Below, one piece after another: positions 34,538 through 39,591 of a stretch of 39,591 nucleotides of DNA. The first letter of the stretch is position 1; each line of letters begins with the position of its first letter. Where the stretch lies: contig JAJYGK010000212.1 of the NCBI GenBank assembly GCA_021790715.1, positions 1 through 39,591 of the forward strand, in the 5' to 3' direction. Under the pieces are notes generated by a model that saw only the letters and a list, made by a program, of their open reading frames with translations, had not been told where the DNA came from and did no database searches. The DNA comes from Chloroflexota bacterium. Lineage in GTDB: Bacteria; Chloroflexota; Limnocylindria; Limnocylindrales; CSP1-4. Both the position numbers and the translations under genes were made by a program.

Positions 34538-34612
34538 TGGTAGCGGAGGGCGGATTCGAACCACCGACCAAGGGCTTATGAGTCCCCTGCTCTACCACTG
34601 AGCTACTCCGCC
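34538..34612 (-). tRNA. elongator-type tRNA with CAU anticodon (Met, or Ile2 if lysidine-modified), CCA encoded
   Basis: Hand-folded 75-nt cloverleaf: GGCGGAG-UA-GCUC-AGUGGUA-GAGC-A-GGGGA-CUCAUAA-GCCCU-UGGUC-GGUGG-UUCGAAU-CCGCC-CUCCGCU-A-CCA. Confidence 0.9.
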
Positions 34613-34616
34613 GCCG

Positions 34617-34648
34617 GAATCCCGCTCCTGCAGGAGCAGGCGGGATTC
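34617..34648 (-). terminator. hairpin between the M19-like gene and the tRNA
   Basis: GAAUCCCGC...GCGGGAUUC arms with an inner CCUGC/GCAGG. Overlaps the TAG stop. No U tract. Confidence 0.4.
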
Positions 34649-35808
34649 TACAGCCCGGGCCGGGACGCGGGCGAATCGCCCGCACGCACGAGCACCGGAC
34701 GGAGCACCCGCAGCGCATTGCCGCCGAGCAGCGCGACCACGTCGGCCTCCGGCACGCCTCCCGCGAGCAGGCCGTCCGTCACCAGGGGCAGGCCGGACGC
34801 ATCGATGACCGAGCGAAGCGCGCCGTCCATGTCGGAGCCGATCGCGACGTGGTCGGCCCCGAGCTCGTCGATCGCGAACCGGATCGTGTCGACCAGGCCG
34901 GCGAGCGTGCCGCCCCCGAGCAGCGAGACGGCGGTGGTCACGCCGACGACGCCGCCCGCCCGGGCGACGCCCCGCGCGTCGGCCACCCGCACGTTGCGGC
35001 TGGCGGCCGAGTAGCGCCGCCACCGGCTGCGCGCCCCGGCGCGCTCGACGAAGCCCGTGTGGCTGAGCACCGGCGGGATGGACGCGATGGCGAGCGTGTC
35101 CGCGATCGTGCGCGACGACGCGTGGGCGAGGTCGACGACGATCCCGGCCCGCTCGAGCTCCCCGACCGCGAGCCGCCCGAGCGCCGTCAGCCCCCCGGCA
35201 CGGCGTCCCGTCCCGGAACCGGCCAGCGGGTTGTCCATGACGTGGGCCGGGGCGAGCATGCGCACCCCGACCAGGCGCAGGCGCCGGGCCACGGCGGGCA
35301 GGAGCGCCGCGTCGTCGCCGAGCACCTGGCCGCCCTGCACCCCGATGAACGCGCCGACCGGCCCGCCGGGGGCAAGGACCCGCGCGAGGTCAGCATCCGA
35401 CCGCACGACGACGAATGCGCCGCCCGACGCCGACGCCCAGGCGTCCACCCTGGCCGCCAGGCGGACGACGAGCGACAGGTCGGAGTGCAGGGCTCGCATC
35501 GGGATCCCGAGGCTGGCGAACTGGACCGCGGACAGCGTGCCCCGCGCATCCGGGAAGCGGGTCGCGAGCGACATCCCGACGAGACGCACACCGCCGGCGT
35601 GAAGGCGCGGCAGGTCGACGTGCCCCGCGTGCGCGGGCTCGAGGAAGGTGCGCCGGAAGAGCGGCGTCCCGACGAGGAGATCGACGACGGGGACGCGTGC
35701 GTGGAGGTCGAGGGCGGCCAGCGTCGGGTGGTGCGGCCGGGGCGTGCTGACGGTGTGGAGCGCGCGGTCCACGACACGGTCGATCACGCCGCGATCCCCG
35801 GCGGGCAT
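34648..35808 (-). CDS. M19 (renal-dipeptidase) family homologue, divergent
   Basis: GHVDLPRLHAGGV, FIGVQGG, GVRMLAPAHVMDNPLAGS, VVDLAHAS, PVLSHTG, IGSDMDG. Confidence 0.75.
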   Translation of the reverse strand: MPAGDRGVIDRVVDRALHTVSTPRPHHPTLAALDLHARVPVVDLLVGTPLFRRTFLEPAHAGHVDLPRLHAGGVRLVGMSLATRFPDARGTLSAVQFASLGIPMRALHSDLSLVVRLAARVDAWASASGGAFVVVRSDADLARVLAPGGPVGAFIGVQGGQVLGDDAALLPAVARRLRLVGVRMLAPAHVMDNPLAGSGTGRRAGGLTALGRLAVGELERAGIVVDLAHASSRTIADTLAIASIPPVLSHTGFVERAGARSRWRRYSAASRNVRVADARGVARAGGVVGVTTAVSLLGGGTLAGLVDTIRFAIDELGADHVAIGSDMDGALRSVIDASGLPLVTDGLLAGGVPEADVVALLGGNALRVLRPVLVRAGDSPASRPGL

Positions 35809-35868
35809 CCGGCCCGCGCCGCTGCGCGCGGGGGTAGCGGGCGGCCGGTGCTAGGATCGCCTCCCCCG

Positions 35869-37011
35869 ATGCGCACGCCCGCCGTCCCCGCCCACGCCCA
35901 CCGCCCGGACATCCACGCCGCGGCTCTCGCCGGCCTCGCGGCGTCGCTCGCCGTGCTCGCCGCATGGCTCCTTGCACCCGCGGCCGCGCTCGCGTCGGGC
36001 GCCGCGACATCGCCAACCCCGCCGCCGAGCCTCCTCGACCTCGTCACGGGCTGGTCGTTCGACCTGACGGTGCAGGTCCCCGTCATCGCATCTGCCCTCG
36101 CGTTCGTCTGGGCCGTGCGCCGGGTGAACGCGCGGCATCCCGCGAGCCCGGTGCCCGCCGCCCGCACGATCACGTTCCTGGCCGGCCTGGCGGTCGTGGA
36201 ATACGCCCTGCAGGGCCCGCCCGACGCGTGGTCTGAGGTCCTGTTCTCGGTCCACATGATCCAGCACCTGCTGCTGATGATCGTCGCGGCGCCGCTGCTG
36301 GTCGCCAGCGCGCCCGTGACGCTCGCGCTGCGCGTCGCGTCGCCGCGGGCGCGGACACAGTGGATTCTCCCCATCCTGCACAGCCGTCTCGTGCGGATGC
36401 TCACCAACCCGCTGATCGCCTCCGCCCTCTTCGCCGGGATCCTCTGGGTCACGCACTTCACGGTGATCTACGAGCTGACGCTCCAGGACGGCCTCCTGCA
36501 CGACGCGGAGCACCTGGCCTTCCTGGCCGCCGGGCTGCTCTTCTGGTGGCCGATGCTCGGCCGCGATCCCAGCCCGTGGCGCGTATCGCACCCCGTCAGG
36601 CTCGTGGCGATGCTCTTCGAGATGAGCCAGGGCGCCTTCCTGGGGATCGCGATCATGAATGCCGGCGCGCCGCTCTACGCCTACTACGCGAACATCCACC
36701 TCGGGTGGATCTCGACGATGGCCGATCAGCAGCTCGCCGGCGCGATCATGTGGGGCGGCGGCGGCGTCGGGTTCCTCATCGCGGGCCTGGTCGTGTTCTA
36801 CGACTGGATGGGTGCGGAGGAGCAGGCGGCGGCCCGCATCGATGCCCGGCTCGACCGCGAGGCGCGCGAGCGGCTGGGCGGCGCGATCGACCCGGCGGCC
36901 ACCGATCCGGTGGCGAACGGCCAGGCTGCGATCGATCCGGTCCCCGGCGCCGTGACCGGCCCCGGGAAGCCCGGGGAGGGTGAGCCGGCGGGGCTGCGCA
37001 CCGGCGGGTGA
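35869..37011 (+). CDS. ctaG: cytochrome c oxidase assembly factor CtaG (caa3-type, polytopic)
   Basis: 3' part of ORF 34849..37011 starting at ATG 35869. Multi-TM protein with HMIQHLLLMIVAAPLL, HDAEHLAFLAAGLLFWWP and ADQQLAGAIMW. Confidence 0.8.
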   Translation: MRTPAVPAHAHRPDIHAAALAGLAASLAVLAAWLLAPAAALASGAATSPTPPPSLLDLVTGWSFDLTVQVPVIASALAFVWAVRRVNARHPASPVPAARTITFLAGLAVVEYALQGPPDAWSEVLFSVHMIQHLLLMIVAAPLLVASAPVTLALRVASPRARTQWILPILHSRLVRMLTNPLIASALFAGILWVTHFTVIYELTLQDGLLHDAEHLAFLAAGLLFWWPMLGRDPSPWRVSHPVRLVAMLFEMSQGAFLGIAIMNAGAPLYAYYANIHLGWISTMADQQLAGAIMWGGGGVGFLIAGLVVFYDWMGAEEQAAARIDARLDREARERLGGAIDPAATDPVANGQAAIDPVPGAVTGPGKPGEGEPAGLRTGG

Positions 37012-37021
37012 CGCGGGCGGG

Positions 37022-37732
37022 TCAGGCCCCGGCGCCGCGTCCTCCCGACAGCAGCTCGGCGAGGTAGGCGGGGAACGCCGCGGCGACCCCGGCGGCGCCC
37101 TCGGTCGATGGCTCGCCGAACGCGGTGCGGATCGGGATCACGCCGCTCCACACCGGCAGCCCGAGGTCGCCGGGATCCTCGGCCGGCGGTCCGGTGCGGA
37201 TCTTCGCCGACGCCTCCTCGATCGGGATCGCCACCACGTGCGTCTGCCGCAGCTCCGGGCCGCTCGGCCGGCGCGCATCGTCCCACCGTCCCGGCACGAC
37301 GTGCTCCACGATCGCGCGGAGGCCGGCCAGCTTCTCGGCGTGATCGCGCACCAGGCGGGCGCGCCCGACCACCACGACGCTCCGGAAGTTGACCGAGTGG
37401 TGGAACGACGAGCGCGCCATCACCAGTCCGTCGAGCAGCGTCGCCTCGACGCAGACCTCGGGGCCCGCGCGCAGGTGCCGGAACAGGCGGGCGGCGGGGA
37501 GTCCGTGCAGGTACAGGCGATCGTCGATGCGGCCGTGCAGCATCGGCACCACGAACGGCGTCCCATCCAGCGCGAACGCGACGTGCACGATCGGCGCTTC
37601 GTCCAGGATCGCGCGCACGACGGCCCGGTCGTAGGACGCGCGGTCCGCGCGGCGGACCTCCGTGCGCGGCGTCACCCAGTACCCGGCCGCCGGCGCTCCA
37701 TCACCGGGTGCCGGCCGGCCCGCCCCCGTCAC
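37022..37732 (-). CDS. pyridoxamine 5'-phosphate oxidase-family flavin-binding protein
   Basis: RASYDRAVVRAILDEAPIVHVAF...PMLHGRIDDRLYLHG. GTG 37732 overlaps the upstream stop as GTGA. GTG 37675 is an alternative start. Confidence 0.7.
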   Translation of the reverse strand: MTGAGRPAPGDGAPAAGYWVTPRTEVRRADRASYDRAVVRAILDEAPIVHVAFALDGTPFVVPMLHGRIDDRLYLHGLPAARLFRHLRAGPEVCVEATLLDGLVMARSSFHHSVNFRSVVVVGRARLVRDHAEKLAGLRAIVEHVVPGRWDDARRPSGPELRQTHVVAIPIEEASAKIRTGPPAEDPGDLGLPVWSGVIPIRTAFGEPSTEGAAGVAAAFPAYLAELLSGGRGAGA

Positions 37733-38232
37733 GATCCGAAGAGCAGGCGGAGCCAGGCCTGCAGGGGCGTGGGCGGCGGCGGGGGGGCGGGTTCCTGTCC
37801 GAGCGGGGTGATCGACGGGGGCGGCGGCGAACCGGGCTGCAGCGCGAAGACCTGCTCGCTGGGCGTGCCGTAGCCGTAGGCGCGCGCCTCGAGCGCGAGG
37901 AAGGCGGGCGACTGGATCACGGCGAGCTCGGCCTGCCTGGCCTGCACCTGCGTCGTCATGGCGGCGTCCTGGCTGCGCAGCACGGCCGCCTCCCCGGTGG
38001 CCTGGTGCACCTGGGACACGGCGCGCCCGAACACGAGCACGAGCCACACCACGACCAGCGTGGCCGCCGCGAGCGCGATCGTGCGGCGGTCCAGCCCGGC
38101 CAGCGAGGGCCGCGGCTGGGCGAGCAGCGTCGAGGGCGCGGCGGGATCCGGCACCGGCTCGGCCGGGTCCGCCTTCCGCGGAGCGCGCGCCCGGTGCCCC
38201 TCGGCGGGCCGGCGGCTGTCGTCTGCGTCCAC
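37729..38232 (-). CDS. FtsB/DivIC-like septum formation initiator
   Basis: Basic N-terminus, one TM (IALAAATLVVVWLVLVF), a coiled-coil-like segment, AFLALEARAYGYGTPSEQVF, and a Pro-rich tail. Confidence 0.6.
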   Translation of the reverse strand: MDADDSRRPAEGHRARAPRKADPAEPVPDPAAPSTLLAQPRPSLAGLDRRTIALAAATLVVVWLVLVFGRAVSQVHQATGEAAVLRSQDAAMTTQVQARQAELAVIQSPAFLALEARAYGYGTPSEQVFALQPGSPPPPSITPLGQEPAPPPPPTPLQAWLRLLFGS

Positions 38233-38269
38233 GGCGAGGACCCTAGTGGCCGCCGCGGCATGGTGTCAA
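38233..38269 (-). promoter_or_regulatory. near-consensus promoter TTGACA-18-TAGGGT, 7 nt upstream of the GTG of the FtsB-like gene (leaderless-type)
   Basis: TTGACA at 38269..38264, TAGGGT at 38245..38240, GTG at 38232. Confidence 0.6.
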
Positions 38270-38285
38270 GGAGCGAACCGGCTGC

Positions 38286-38364
38286 TACACTGCGACCAAA
38301 CCGAACAGACGTGCGGTTGCGGTGCCGGGAGGGCATCGGGACCGACGGCCACGACGGAGGCAGC
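38286..38364 (+). promoter_or_regulatory. candidate -10 TACACT and SD GGAGG for the helicase gene
   Basis: TACACT at 38286-91, GGAGG at 38356-60. Confidence 0.35.
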
Positions 38365-39591
38365 ATGCGGCTCTACGCCCCCTCGCCGCTGACGGACGTT
38401 CTCGATCGGCTCCTCGAGGACGCCGACGTCGCCCGTGCCGTCGTCGAGCACCGCGTCGTTCCCGCCACGGAGGCGGCCTTCGCCCCGCTTCCCGCCTGGG
38501 TGGATCCGCGCCTCGCGGACGGGCTCGCCGCGGCAGGAATCGAGCGCCTCTGGACACACCAGGCGCTCGCGGCCGACGCGCTGCACGCCGGCAGCGACGT
38601 CGTCGTGGCGACACCGACCGCGTCGGGCAAGACGCTCTGCTACAACCTGCCCGTCCTGCAGGCCGTCGCCGACGATCCGGCCGCCCGGGCGCTCTATCTG
38701 TTCCCCACCAAGGCGCTCGGCCAGGACCAGGTGGCCGCGTTCCGCGCCCTGGCCGCCGCCTCCGGGCTCGGCGTCGCCTGCGCCACGTACGACGGCGACA
38801 CGCCGGCGCCGATCCGGTCCACGATCCGCTCCGCCGGGCAGGTCGTCGTGACGAACCCGGACATGCTCCACGCCGAGATCCTGCCGCACCACACCAAGTG
38901 GTTCCAGCTGTTCGAGCAACTGCAGTACGTCGTCATCGACGAGCTGCACACCTACCGCGGCGTGTTCGGGAGCCACGTGGCGAACGTCCTGCGCCGGCTG
39001 CTCCGCGTCTGCGAGCACTACGGCAGCCACCCCGTGATCGCCTGCTCCTCGGCGACCATCGGCAACCCGGCCGAGCTCGCGCGGCTCCTCACCGGTCGCG
39101 ACGCCGCGTGCATCGCGGAGAGCGGCGCGCCGTCGGGCGAGCGGCACGTGCTGGTGCTCGATCCGCCGCTCGTCGATGCGACGCTCGGCGGGCGTGCCAG
39201 CACGTTCGCACTCGCCGAACGGGTCGCGCTCGCGTTCCTGCGAGCCGGGCACCAGACCATCGTGTTCGGTCGGTCGCGCGTGAGCGTGGAGCTCCTGCTG
39301 ACGGCCCTGCGCGAGGCGATGCGCGAGGGCCGGGGCCCCGGCGAGCGGGTGCGCGGCTACCGGGGCGGCTACCTGCCCACCGAGCGGCGCGCGATCGAGC
39401 GGGGCCTGCGGGCGGGCGAGATCCTGGGCGTCGTGAGCACCAACGCGCTGGAGCTCGGCGTCGACATCGGCGGGCTCGACGCATCGGTCCTCGTCGGATA
39501 CCCGGGATCGATCGCGGCGACGCGGCAGCAGATGGGCCGCGCCGGCCGCCGGCAGGGAACGAGCGTGTCGGTCCTGGTCGCCGGATCCGGT
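38365..39591 (+). CDS. DEAD/DEAH-box helicase, YprA/MrfA-like; C-terminal part beyond window
   Basis: Not in the ORF track because it is open at the right edge. My translation from ATG 38365 (GGAGG 4 nt upstream) gives ATPTASGKTLCYNLP, LYLFPTKALGQDQ, VVIDELHTYRG, SSATIGNP and QQMGRAGRR. Confidence 0.9.
   Translation, partial: MRLYAPSPLTDVLDRLLEDADVARAVVEHRVVPATEAAFAPLPAWVDPRLADGLAAAGIERLWTHQALAADALHAGSDVVVATPTASGKTLCYNLPVLQAVADDPAARALYLFPTKALGQDQVAAFRALAAASGLGVACATYDGDTPAPIRSTIRSAGQVVVTNPDMLHAEILPHHTKWFQLFEQLQYVVIDELHTYRGVFGSHVANVLRRLLRVCEHYGSHPVIACSSATIGNPAELARLLTGRDAACIAESGAPSGERHVLVLDPPLVDATLGGRASTFALAERVALAFLRAGHQTIVFGRSRVSVELLLTALREAMREGRGPGERVRGYRGGYLPTERRAIERGLRAGEILGVVSTNALELGVDIGGLDASVLVGYPGSIAATRQQMGRAGRRQGTSVSVLVAGSG

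Noticed and set aside
34538-34612. tRNA(CAU) as initiator tRNA-fMet, or as an integration hotspot
   Set aside because: The 1:72 pair is formed (G.U), 11:24 is C:G, and the GC run is not at 29-31:39-41, so it is elongator type. No integrase or direct repeat of the tRNA 3' end lies nearby.

Overview
Very high-G+C chromosomal segment (hand counts on sampled lines are about 75-80% G+C). It is densely packed with 33 CDS, 29 of them on the minus strand, plus one tRNA and one clear cis-regulatory RNA. I saw no CRISPR array, IS element, prophage block or recognisable defence system.

Gene order from left to right:
- hisS (runs off the left edge), a small divergent HExxH protein, and relA/spoT.
- A peptidoglycan block: two FemAB-family genes, murE, a third FemAB gene, and murJ. 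This block is chained by 4-nt start/stop overlaps to xerC and topA.
- A small acidic-tail protein and a membrane-anchored Ig-like/PT-linker/CAP-domain protein, sitting between topA and dprA-comM.
- A receiver::CpaE/ParA-like ATPase fusion, then an SPFH/NfeD pair, NUDIX and tyrA.
- An orphan LuxR-type response regulator and a zinc-ribbon/Arg-tail miniprotein.
- A TrpB2-type gene preceded by a Trp-specifier T-box leader.
- A tight thpR / HAD / ppa / DnaB-C-like ATPase operon.
- M20 peptidase, ftsH, tRNA(CAU), a divergent M19-like dipeptidase, ctaG, a PNPOx-family protein, an FtsB/DivIC-like protein, and a YprA/MrfA-type DEAD-box helicase (runs off the right edge).

Most long ORFs in the supplied track are high-GC shadow frames or read-through fusions of adjacent genes. 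I trimmed starts using SD sequences, start/stop overlaps and -10 boxes.

Main observations:
1. A well-formed Trp T-box without a U-tract terminator in front of trpB2.
2. A recurring leaderless-type promoter layout, with TANNNT 6-9 nt upstream of at least eight start codons.
3. Three FemAB paralogues around a MurE carrying DEDPR instead of DNPR.
4. An N-domain-less DnaB-C/RecA-type ATPase, with a tandem-repeat N-terminus, heading an operon with ppa, a HAD phosphatase and a 2H phosphoesterase.
5. A repeat-rich putative operator region upstream of the receiver::CpaE-like gene.

I cannot show that any of these is a truly undescribed system. The DnaB-C-like operon and the receiver::ParA-like locus are the least explained parts of the window.
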